From: Trichoplax sp. H2
Taxonomy: Eukaryota
NCBI GenBank assembly: GCA_003344405.1
Contig: NOWV01000012.1
Location: 744,001-808,000 of the forward strand
Direction of reading: 5' to 3'
Length of the DNA: 64,000 nucleotides
In this document: one piece after another, positions 12,791-24,291 of the stretch
Layout: every line of letters begins with the position of its first letter
Numbering within the stretch: the stretch's first letter is position 1
The notes under the pieces: generated by a model
What the model was told of the DNA's origin: nothing
Databases searched by the model: none
The model's input: only the letters and a program-made list of their open reading frames with translations
Made by a program: the position numbers and the translations under genes

Positions 12791-15700
12791 ATTATCAACA
12801 ACAGAATGGATTCGTTCTGATTGACTTCCTGGGATAAGTGTTAAATTAGGCTTATTCGAACTACTAATTCCTGCTTGAACATAGATACCCGTTAGAACGC
12901 GAGCTATTAATAGTGTATTACCATAAGTGAGTGATGTTTTTGCACGGACAGCAAAATAAGTTCCTGTTCCAAGCATAGAACCTATAGAGCAAAGTAATGT
13001 AAAAAAAAAAGTCACCTACCGTTAGAATGACTTGAACTAACCTTGAATACAGATTGATAGCTATAGGCTAATGATAACAAAATAAGGGAGATTGTCACAC
13101 TATACTAACACTACCAATTCCATCTTGATCTAACAACGTTAAACGTCTTAATAACTAGCACATACACTTTTATTTAAAGCGCGGAATAATACATAGCATT
13201 AGTGTTATACTGCTTTATTTTCATTTCTAAAAATGCTCATTATTTCTACTACAAAACTGCATTAGAGTAATAGCTGCATATTTTCGATATAATAATCTCG
13301 AAATATGTTCGTTTAATTTCAACCTCTGTATACAATATCAACGATATTCAACGATCTCTAAACATGTTAATTCATTTCGATTACAATTTACGACCTTTAA
13401 CATCTTAATTTGCCGGTACTTTTATTATTTAAACGACAACATACTGTATTATGCATTACAATACAGCGACACTAAATTTATTAATAACTTCAATTTAACT
13501 GTAATATATGACATCAATAGAGGCAAACTACGATAATATCTCCTCAAACACGTTAATTTATTTAATTTGACTATCATTTAGACGTTAGTGGTATGTTGCG
13601 ATCACTAAAGACGTTAACTAGTTACTTTTATTTCACTGCCTTACAAAATTAACAAACTAGAGGAAATATTTTACTGTTGTACAGTACAGTGTTATAATTA
13701 TCATAATAGTGAATGATACTATCTCTAAACATGTTCGTTCAGCTTGACTAGAATTGGCTGCTTCAACTTTATGTAACATACCCGCAAAGCTCTTTATTGC
13801 ATTAATTGTAAGCGAGGTATATGATCTTAATGGTATATTGAGATACCATAATCACGAAACATATTATCCGCCTTAACCTAGCCGTAATACATGATAGGGT
13901 ATATTACGATGTTGCGATCTTTAACTACGGTAATTGCTTTAATTGAGCCCAAATAGATAACCTAAATTGTAGTACACACTACGACCTTCAAATATTTTAA
14001 TTACCTTAATTTATAATATAGGGTGATTAATGGCAGTAATGGTATCTGGATGTGTTGCAACATTGCGACCTTTAAACATCTTAACTACTTCAATTCGACT
14101 CTAATAAGATATTACCCGTTCTAGCTACTTCAGTGCAACTTATAATTACATTTATACATGTAAATAACATTAGTCCTAGATCAACAGGACTGTATCGAAA
14201 TATTGAGTCTCAACTAACCAAATGATTTTCCTGAGTAGTCCCTATCAAAGCCCCTCTTACATATACCATCGATATTCGATCCTGCTGTACCGTGAAACAA
14301 CAGCTTCTCAACTGGAGTGCCAGGTTTGTATTTCCGGATTGCATTTTCAACATCTTTTTTCATGATTTGATAGCGACGATACAAATTCCAGTTTTGAATA
14401 CGTGTTATATTGCGAACACGAAGCCCAGTGAATCCAAGAAGATTTGTAATTTGACTTATTTCGTGTTGATTAGTAACATCAACAGCGTGATAATAACCAT
14501 TAGTTATTTCACCCATTTCATCCCAATACGGAGGTACAGTGATCTCGTCATCTATTTACAATATTAGATTGATTCATGATCATTTAAAAGTTTTTAAACT
14601 TTTCAACCGTTTTAATGGACAAATTTATACTGGCAGATACCCCATTTATAGTACAGTATTTGCTAATACGTAGATGAGAAAGAGAGATTGATTTATCGAC
14701 ATATCGTCATCCCTGTCAAAAGTAGAGAATCAAATCTACTGTATCTTACTCACCGGTTGACATAAATCTTCCTATCGGATACTGTTTTCCAGAAACTGTC
14801 ATAATCATGTTTTCATAGTCAATCGATTTTATTCCTGAATCGACCAAAAAAATCTTATTGGTCTTATCTTGGAGATAGATTTCATAATTTTTAACGAGGT
14901 CATAATTCATCTTACTATCAAATTTAAATTTGGATTGACCAATAATGGCATACCAGGAAGTAGTTTTAGCTATCGCTACTTGTACTTCGTTAGCGGCTTT
15001 TTCTTTCAACCGTGAAGCAAATAACTTATGAATAGCTGATATCGCATTTAAGATATCGGGTTCAAATCCGTGAATTTTTATCATTTTATTTCGATGGTAA
15101 TAGACTAGGATTGTATTATATTTGCACCAAAATTGTAATGTTATATAATGCCAACGATTTAGGTCGATATCGACGAAGTAATCTTCGTCAGTAATTTGGT
15201 GGCACCTCCAAGTATCAGCACAATCATTCACAATTGATCGCATCCGGTCTATTTTATAGCGATTCTGAGATGCGTAGATAATTTTTAAACCAAATTGGGG
15301 GTTTGCCATACTAAAAGTTATTTCCCAAGGCAACTTTAGCTTCTTAATCTCTTGCCCTATCCATGTTGCAATCTCTTCCACTCGATCTCTTGAACTTAAG
15401 GCAAAATCAACACAATTCAATCTGGTCTTATCATCTTCGTGATTAAACAAGAATAATTCAATCTCAAAGAGTATCTGGTGGATATACTCCGCGTTTAATT
15501 CTATACTTATTAATGGGAATGAAACAGAACGATCACCACTTGCATTAATATAGCTTAATAACTGACCCACACCGGTTAAACAGCCATATGGACATATCTG
15601 ATATAAGTTACAATTGAGTTGAAAATTTGGCAAACACTGCAAAGTTTCCAATGTATGCTGAGAATTACAATTGTCCATAACACCATCCAATGTCTCTAAT

Positions 15701-18304
15701 TTGCGATGTTGATCACATAATACTGTTAAATCAATAATGGCATCGCTTGTAGCTGCAACAATATTTCCATGATAGAGATTAACATATAATGGTTTATCAT
15801 TAATATAACAGCAAGCGGTAAAGTACAGTACATAGCTACCGTTCGAGCTATTTGCAAGATTACTACTGCTACATTTTGTAACTAATTCAATCTCCTTGCG
15901 ATCTGGCATTAAAACAGGTTGCATAGCTATTGGTGGTGTAGCAGGTATACTGTTAAATGATAGGAGAGATGATGATGACGGTGATTGAGTGGTAGTGACT
16001 AATGGCACAGTCTGATTTGGTGCATTTAATCCAGTTGATCGTTCATGTAATAGTCTTATAAATAGTTGTTGATGATTAATTTGGTTATCTAGGATAACAA
16101 AATAAACCGTCTTTAAGCAAATTTCTTCCTTAAGCTGCCGACTGAAACTAGATACCACATCGATCATTCCTTTGATCACTTCATCAGCCTTCAACCGACT
16201 TCCACCAATTCCAATCATGGGTATAGCTATAGATTTCATCAATTCTATTTTGGCTTTTTCTAGGCAACGCGCTAACCCATCCTTTAGCCACTAGAATATA
16301 AAATTGATCATGAGAATACAATACTTTATTCATATCTCAATGGTTAATGAGCTTCGATATGAATTAGCTTAGCCTGTAGGAAGAATTATAATGATGAAAA
16401 ATTTTACAGACTTACTGTGATCGATTTACTGGAACTTAAAAATGGCAAGTGATATACTTTTTTACATCCAAAATAGCTCCCACCAGTACTACCAATATCC
16501 TTGATACCTAGAAATTGTAACTGAATTTCACATTCAAGTTGATAACCTAGACCACCAGCTTTATGTAATGCGGTAGCGATGGCGCCATCGTAATAGGATT
16601 TCAGCTTCATAGAATTGACGATAACATCAGCCTAAAGATGCAAGATAGCATAATATAAATGAACTTTATTTATGTGTATAGCTAATTTCGCAAAGTGTAA
16701 TTTGAATGAAGATATTTCAATATTTTTATAACAAAATTTTTAACATAATTATAACTTTACGCACTACTCGCCCTTCTTTCTCGATACTTCCTATTACCAA
16801 TTTAATAGCAACACGATCATTTATATTATCCGACGTGGCTTTCTTAGGCAAAGTTGACGTTAGGGGTAGTTTATTTATAGGAGTATTAGGGATGACTGTT
16901 TGCGCGGATAATTCATTATTATTAGCGAGAATTAATTTATTTGATACTTTATCCACATCAGATGTCGTCGTAGTTTGTAAATTACAACTTGCTCTACCAT
17001 TAGAATCTATAACTTTCTGAATCTTTACTTCATTCCTTTTAACCTGGTTCATACGCTTTGAGCCCTTCAAATTGGTTGATATACTACTATAAATTATTAA
17101 AATATAGAAATTATATATGTAAAAACAGCAAATTAAATTAGTGCTTGATATTAATAATTGAATAATATCTAGTCATGCTAACATATTACAGAGACAACTT
17201 TTAATTTCTAACACTGATTACAGATCAGTAGCTAGTAAAATTAAACTTGTAATAATTTACGTAAATGTACAGCGCTATTATTAGTACTACAGTATACCGT
17301 ACTCCAGTTAATTCATCATTTTCAGATGAGTGTGATGTACTCAAAAATATTGACGATGAATTATCAACTACTACCAAAGCTTAAAGAAAAGAAGTTACTA
17401 TGGGTAAAAAAGCAGCCGATGGAATTAAAATATGACTGCCAATATTCTCATAATACCTAATCAGACCACAATCGATTTCTGCTATCGAACACGAATTAAA
17501 TACAGTAACCGTTACAATCAATTAGTTCCTTAAAAATTCTGATGACGGATAACTCAGGTTTCAACAAGATTTAAAGAAATTGTGTGCAAGAATAGTCTTA
17601 GACTAAAACTTAACGTGAACTTGGTATTATAATTACCACTTCCATAACATCTAGTCAGATAACTTTCGATTGTAGATACTTATCGAATAACTGTTTACGA
17701 GAATAGGCTGTAATAGCATTAACATTTCAATGATGTATTAATTAATTTTTATTAATAATGCAATACGAGTATATGAAATATGAATCAGTAGTGAAAAGAT
17801 TTTTATTATTATCAACATTTTGCCCATTTAAGGAATATTTACTAGCCGAATCGTTTTCTTAAAATCTATATGAGTCATTTATAACATAGAATATAGGATA
17901 GCAGTCTAACATTGATTTAGCAATAAATACATCTAGTTACAGTTTGCTAACTGATACCTTTGATCTTTATCGTCTAGAATGATAATTATGCAGTCATTTT
18001 CATCTTGTAAAGATTTCAATCTCATCTGACGATGGCTTGATGTTAAAAATCTTCCCACCTTACAACCTGTACTAATAAACTGGTCCTCTTCAACAATAAC
18101 ATTATTTAACAGCTTATAAATCTCGTTCATAATAGATTCTCTATTTGATGGATTACATTGAACTTTAATTTGATGATGACAGATAGACGTATGCAGACAC
18201 TTTTTCTCGTCTGCTTTCTCAAATAGGATAACGCAATTATACTGATTTTCAAGTTGAAGGATTTCATGCATCAAATGTAATCGCAAGTATTCTATTTTCA
18301 AAGC
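12719..18304 (-). CDS. PARP14/15-like macrodomain PARP (macro, degenerate macro, WWE, PARP catalytic); predicted mono-ADP-ribosyltransferase; 5' end unresolved
   Basis: Macro 1 KLVIGSIEKE..ADVIVNS..GAIATALHKAGG..SIAIPMIGIGG; second macro-like VNLYHGNIVAATSDAII..SVSFPLIS; WWE-like TSWY..FDSKMNYDL..IDYENM; catalytic RIQNWNLYRRY..EKLLFHGT..GFDRDYSG..GTGTYFA..TIFVV..AYPEYIL. Exons ~16631-16416, 16290-14753, 14551-14219 and 12981-12719 splice in phase. Exons above 17.4 kb are less certain. Confidence 0.85.
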
Positions 18305-19053
18305 TGAAAAAAATATCCACCGCATAAAACATAGTGAATTACTTTTCGTTATAAATGCGAAATAGATGCAAGTATTTTTAATAGAACTCTTACATACCTT
18401 GTTCAAGAGTTTTTTCCTGAAATAGCGCAAAATGATCCTGGAAATAGTTGCTATCAAGCGATTTTGTTTCTTTTGTATTAGAACTTAAAGACGGAGATTT
18501 ACTAATATAACGTCAGTAAAAGACTATTAGTATCAACTGGTAAAAAATACCCGTTCATGTGAACGGAGGATGATTTTTGTTGGTTGGCATTCGCGGATAT
18601 TAGAATTTAGATTTCTATTACTACGTGGCATTATTCATTCATTATTTCCTCGATGTACAGTACAACTCAATTTGTATTCACTAATTTTGTGTTAGATTCC
18701 TATCTGTGTCTAGCGTTATCCTTTTCCCACGATGTGTGAATATACTGCCGTACAATAACCATCCTGCAATACCGTATGTTTAAACAATTATTATTATACA
18801 ATTTTAGCTTAATTAGGATTTTATCCACTTTTAACGCTTGTGTTTTTTCATTACGCTATCTATGCACTAATTCAATTTATGCCCATTCGATAGCGTGCAA
18901 CGGAAACTTCATATAGTTTACATTAACCTTTGTTATTACTATATATGTAAAAAGTAGGGTACATTTACCATTAGAACACCACTATGATGCCCGAATCAAT
19001 CATTACGTTGTATAATAATTAAAAAAACATGCGGCAGCAGTAGCTATAAATCG

Positions 19054-19232
19054 GATTGTGCAGAAGTTTGCACACACAAAGCTCCATTATAATATGATGA
19101 TGATGATGACGATATATATATGTAAGACCTTTACAATTTTACTAAGCAGCTGCAGAAAGATGTCGATTGTGCAGGAGTTTGCACACGCAAAGCTCCACTA
19201 TAATACGATGATGATGATTATATAAGACCTTT
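19054..19232. repeat. Short direct repeat, 2 copies of ~70-78 bp, each ending in a (GAT)n tract
   Basis: GATTGTGCAG(A/G)AGTTTGCACAC(A/G)CAAAGCTCCA(T/C)TATAATA..GATGATGATGA..TAAGACCTT at 19054 and 19166. Confidence 0.85.
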
Positions 19233-20185
19233 CTAATTCTAGTAAAATGTTCGAAACTAATTTTAATAAAAATTTTCCCTTCTATTTCATATGTCGTAGA
19301 ACTTGAAGATCGTAATTTGCTAAGATAAGGTTAGCAAACAACCTTAATATCTATTTGCAAGTAAAATTTTGATAGTCTTTCTAAACTGATAATAACGATA
19401 TAAAGCTGTAAATTTCATTTCCAGTCAATAATTACTGTAAGTTGCAGTACAATCAATTTGTTCCACTCTGATTCGTATGTATAAAAAATTTAGAGTAGGC
19501 TTGCAAATACAATAATTTCAGTATCAATTCGTAAGCAATTTAAGCATAATTCTTTTAATCTAATAAAAACTTGTAGGACGAAATGAATTTGGGGAGAATA
19601 TTTACCTCTGATATTTAGCTGTTTTTACTACATCGTTGATTGTATCTGATTGTTCACCTTTATCCCAATCATCTGTAACATCAAATTAACCATATTTTTA
19701 ACTCTTTAATAAAATATTACCTAGCAATTTAAGAAGTATACAGTACCTTGAGTTAGTATGCTTTCTTCTTCTATCGATAACGGTTGATTTTGCATATTAG
19801 ATTGTTCTGATTCTTGCGCATACTTTTAACGATATAAATTCGAAAATATACTCAATAATTTACTAGTTGAAGGTTTTCTTCAAGTTTGTTCAATCAATTT
19901 TTTTAATTTAGAATTTAGTAATGGAATATCGATGATCTCATCATAATGAGTAACTCTCTTTGATAAATTAAGGAATAAATTTCATTATTTAGCTGATAAA
20001 AGATCGACGAATATCGATAACTTAACCATACACAATAGTATGATAGTGATGCGAAGCTAATACAGAAATAGTAATTCTAACCATAAAGTCTATCATACGT
20101 ACACTTACTAGACTTTGATGACGATAGTAATTAGATGAATAAATTAGCCGGCTATTAGCGCCCTATCCTAAATGAGATTCCCTTA

Positions 20186-20917
20186 CCTCAATCGATTGAT
20201 TTTTACGGTTCAAAGTTCTATTTAGCAAATCGAAATTATGATTATCTACTGCGCATTCTTCATCGCTACCGCTATCGATAATAACGATGGGAGGAGATAG
20301 TTTTGAAGTAGTTTCGTGATGATACTTTAACGGGCTACGCAGTGATACTTTGGAAGACCGACATCGATTAGGCGATGGATGTAATGTTTGGATAGTCATT
20401 TGATGATTATTATCACCATCGATTACAATCACTTGATTGGAAAGCGTGTGAGATTTTGTTGTCTTTTTGCTGTCCTTCTTTTTTCTCTGTAAGAGATGGT
20501 TGGAATTACTCTTACTTTTATGGTGTTGTTTAGATCATGCATGGGATTTTTCGGTAGTCAATTCAATCGTATCTTGATCAACTAAGTTAACATAACCCGA
20601 AGTTGAAGGCATCAATTCGCCTCTTGATTGATCAGTAATGTTTGCATCATCTAGACATGGTAATGGATCGGTTAGTAAGTCTAATCCAGATGATCTTTGA
20701 TGCTGATATTGGTACGGATGGAGTCGTTGATAATTTGTAGTGGCAAGCGATTGGCTCCAACTATCACCATGTTTTATCTTCTTACGCTCTTGACAGTAGA
20801 AGAATTCTTCTGCTGCATCATGTTTTTCCTCACCTTGATCAGTCCATTCCTCAATGGATTTCAATTTTGTACTCTCTACTTGACCCGGAGCAGGATTTTT
20901 ACAGGGGTTCATTGGGT
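20186..20917 (-). pseudogene. Exon-like ~730-nt reading frame for a disordered polar/charged region, with one in-frame TGA at 20535-20537; possibly a 5' exon of the PARP gene
   Basis: ORFs 20535-20912 and 20163-20432 share a frame and are joined by 34 open codons (..EKSHA*SKQHHKSKSNSNHLLQRKKKDSKKTTKSHTLSNQVIVIDGD..). There is a strong acceptor (TTTTTCTTTATTACAG) at 20918 and a donor (GAG|GTAAGG) near 20185. Confidence 0.45.
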
Positions 20918-21775
20918 CTGTAATAAAGAAAAATACTTGAATAATTACCCTAAATCAATACTGGGCTACTTACTGGAAGGCAGATACAAGAATACAAGTA
21001 TAAGAGTACAATGTTAGTTAGCCAGCAGATCGAATGAACTTCATTTACAGTACAGGACAGTATAATTAAATAATTATTTTTAATTTTTCTCAATGTGTCA
21101 TAACAGAAACATATGAAAACTAGTATTTCATTAGTTTCGATCTCTATTTATTTTTTCCCCCTAAGGATTGTCTACCTTGGAAGAATGCGTCACCATGGTT
21201 ATTTTTTTTTACCCCTCCCATAAATATGAAATATATAACGAGTTTACTTCCAGGATCGCGTTTTACTGCTACTTATACAGTATACTGTAGGTAAAATGTA
21301 CTATGATTAGTTACAATCTAAACTATAACTATGCACATCGTAGGCTCGATTACGTCATGACTTGTTTTCCTTTCCTCATTTATATTTTGCTTATACTTGC
21401 TTATTATGCTGTGCCTGTGGGGTGCGATCTACCGCAAAGTACAAAATTATCCAGCTTTACCCCTTGAATAACAGTAGTATCCATCCATAATGGATTCCAT
21501 ACTGATCGCGGTGTATCTTAAGTTATTTTAGGTTATCTAAAGTTACACAAGCTATAAAAGTGCACATCGTAAAGTGCGTAATTATAGCTAAAGCCTAACT
21601 ACTTGTAGAAGCCAGTGGAAATTTATACAACTTCAATGCGTCAATAATTTTACTACGGTAGACCAGAGTTTGTAGTTGTAGAGCATTAGAACGGACCACA
21701 GAACACAATTCTGTAAAAGATTCGCAGGATTGTAGTCATTCCTAATAAATATCTTCATCCATTTTAATCCAGTTA

Positions 21776-22430
21776 AATGAAAATCTGAATACCCAGATTG
21801 CCCAGCCTACTCAGTATAGTATCATTCACTGAGATGCAAAGGAGTATCGAAGTTTTATAGACACTTTAGTCATTGCCACCGTCCAATGAAAATCTGAATA
21901 CCCAGATTGCCCAGCCTACTCAGTATAGTATCATTCACTGAGATGCAAAGGAGTATCGAAGTTTTATAGACACTTTAGTCATTGCCACCGTCCAATGAAA
22001 ATCTGAATACCCAGATTGCCCAGCCTACTCAGTATAGTATCATTCACTGAGATGCAAAGGAGTATCGAAGTTTTATAGACACTTTAGTCATTGCCACCGT
22101 CCAATGAAAATCTGAATACCCAGATTGCCCAGCCTACTCAGTATAGTATCATTCACTGAGATGCAAAGGAGTATCGAAGTTTTATAGACACTTTAGTCAT
22201 TGCCACCGTCCAATGAAAATCTGAATACCCAGATTGCCCAGCCTACTCAGTATAGTATCATTCACTGAGATGCAAAGGAGTATCGAAGTTTTATAGACAC
22301 TTTAGTCATTGCCACCGTCCAATGAAAATCTGAATACCCAGATTGCCCAGCCTACTCAGTATAGTATCATTCACTGAGATGCAAAGGAGTATCGAAGTTT
22401 TATTGACACTTTAGTCATTGCCACCGTCCA
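21776..22430. repeat. Near-perfect tandem array, 109 bp x 6
   Basis: Unit AATGAAAATCTGAATACCCAGATTGCCCAGCC...CATTGCCACCGTCC starts at 21776, 21885, 21994, 22103, 22212 and 22321; one substitution seen, in the last copy. Confidence 0.98.
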
Positions 22431-23172
22431 TTGACATTGATGATAAAAAAAAGGCATTGGTTAAGTACGGACAAAGAAGTTGAGAAGCCTCCTATATCCA
22501 AGAGTCCTCCGGCTATTAAAGGTAGCATTTGTTGTAACCAAATCTTAAGATTGTATACTATATGGACTTTTCACCGTTGCGCTTCTCTGCTTCTCACAAT
22601 TCACAATAATATCTAAAATGAATCTCACACATGAGCTGTATTGACATTAGCCTACCTAATTATGGGCTCCGTATTGAAGCTGAGTGCCAATGTAGCATTT
22701 TAGAACGAGGATAAATTTGATAATGTTGACTCTCTCACGCAGCAGCTATGGTGTGTAGTTCAAGGGTTTCAGATATTATTTCCTATAGTACCTGCTTTTC
22801 GAAGTTAGTAAAATTTAAATCCTTCGTTACTCTCAAATTCCTCAATTATGCATTATAATTTCGTTTCCGAATAACGTTACTGTTATATATCTGAATCTTA
22901 CACTTAGTTAATGTTAGTATATGTTCCCCACGAAAATACATAGCAGTTACAATCTTAATATATATGTATTTAGCGTATCATATGCATACCATTTGCAATA
23001 TTAGAAATGGAATACTTAAAGAATATAATGGAAGTTAACGCAATTATAGATCATGTTATTGCTCTTTGATTAGATATCAACAGATAAAGTCTTGCGCCTT
23101 CATCTTTAACGTAAGCTGAAAACTAATTAATCCTTTTCAACATTAGGAGTGTGTCGAAGCTTAACTCTTGCA

Positions 23173-23677
23173 NNNNNNNNNNNNNNNNNNNNACAATAAT
23201 ATCTAAAATGAATCTCACACATGAGCAGTATTGACATTAGCCTACGTAATTATGGGCTCCGTATTGAAGTTGAGTGCCAATGTAGCACTTTAGAACGAGG
23301 ATAAATTTGATATCGTTGACTCTCTCACGTAGCAGCTATGGTGTGTAGTTCAAGGGTTTCAGATATTACTAGTGCAAACTCCCGTCGCTTTACTGACGGT
23401 TTACGATAATGTGCTCATTTAACAGAGGTTCAGTAACTTTATATCGTGTACTGTGTACAGTACTGTACTGTACTGTAATGTACTGTATGCTGTACAAATG
23501 CACGGTNNNNNNNNNNNNNNNNNNNNAATATAATGGAAGTTAACGCAATTATAGATCATGTTATTGCTCTTTGATTAGATATCAACAGATAAAGTCTTGC
23601 GCCTTCATCTTTAACGTAAGCTGAAAACTAATTAATCCTTTTCAACATTAGGAGTGTGTCGAAGCTTAACTCTTGCA
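23173..23677. other. Assembly gaps (23173-23192, 23507-23526) flanked by redundant copies of 22603-22778 and 23022-23172; probably an uncollapsed second haplotype
   Basis: 23193-23368 matches 22603-22778 with a few SNPs; 23527-23677 matches 23022-23172. Confidence 0.85.
23369..23506 (-). mobile_element. 3' end of a Helitron-like element, truncated by the gap
   Basis: The minus strand ends CCGTCA-GTAAAG-CGACGG-GAGTTTGCA-CTAG, a GC-rich hairpin 9 nt before a terminal CTAG. It sits at an A^T site relative to the empty copy at 22778/22779 and contains an (ACTGT)n tract. Confidence 0.75.
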
Positions 23678-24291
23678 ACCGTATAATATTCCAACAGTCA
23701 AGGCAATAAAAAACTTATAAGGTGGTAAAATTTTATAGAAATTTCTTTCCAGTTGCACTTTTCTTTAAATGCAATGCACTGACAGATAGGATTTCTACCT
23801 ACTTTCAATCCACTGGTTGAAATGATTTGGATAAATTCGTTCATTTTTATTAAGACATTAAAAAGACCACAATTATAGCTCGGCTATAATATCAGTATTC
23901 TGTTATCAATAAAACGCTCATTTTTCATGACTATTAACAAATACCTTTGCTACAGTAGGCTTCTTTTAAATAAAAATGCTAACATTTCACGAGTAACAAC
24001 AAATACACATGTTATTAGTACAATATTATAAATAAAAATACTTCAATTTGCATTATTATTTACAAATAGGCATGTTGTTGCATAAAGCTTTAAAAATGAA
24101 AATGCTTCAATGTCACCATTTTTAAGGTTAACAGATAGATAGAATAGATCATGAAAGAGTATCATCATATGTATCATACATTATTTCTATTTTATAGTAT
24201 TGCGGTTAATAGCAATTTAAATAAATAGTAGCCAGGAAAAGAGAAATTCCACACCACTAGGGTGGACATGCCCTAATAAAAATATGACTAT

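Noticed and set aside
14292-17020. Plus-strand ORFs 14292-14567 and 16706-17020
   Set aside because: Antisense shadows of PARP exons.
20535-20537. In-frame TGA as a second selenocysteine codon
   Set aside because: Low-complexity context, no Cys/Sec redox motif, no SECIS identified, and neighbouring segments also carry stops.
21776-22430. CRISPR-like appearance of the regular array
   Set aside because: Units are identical end to end with no unique spacers, there are no cas genes, and the context is eukaryotic.
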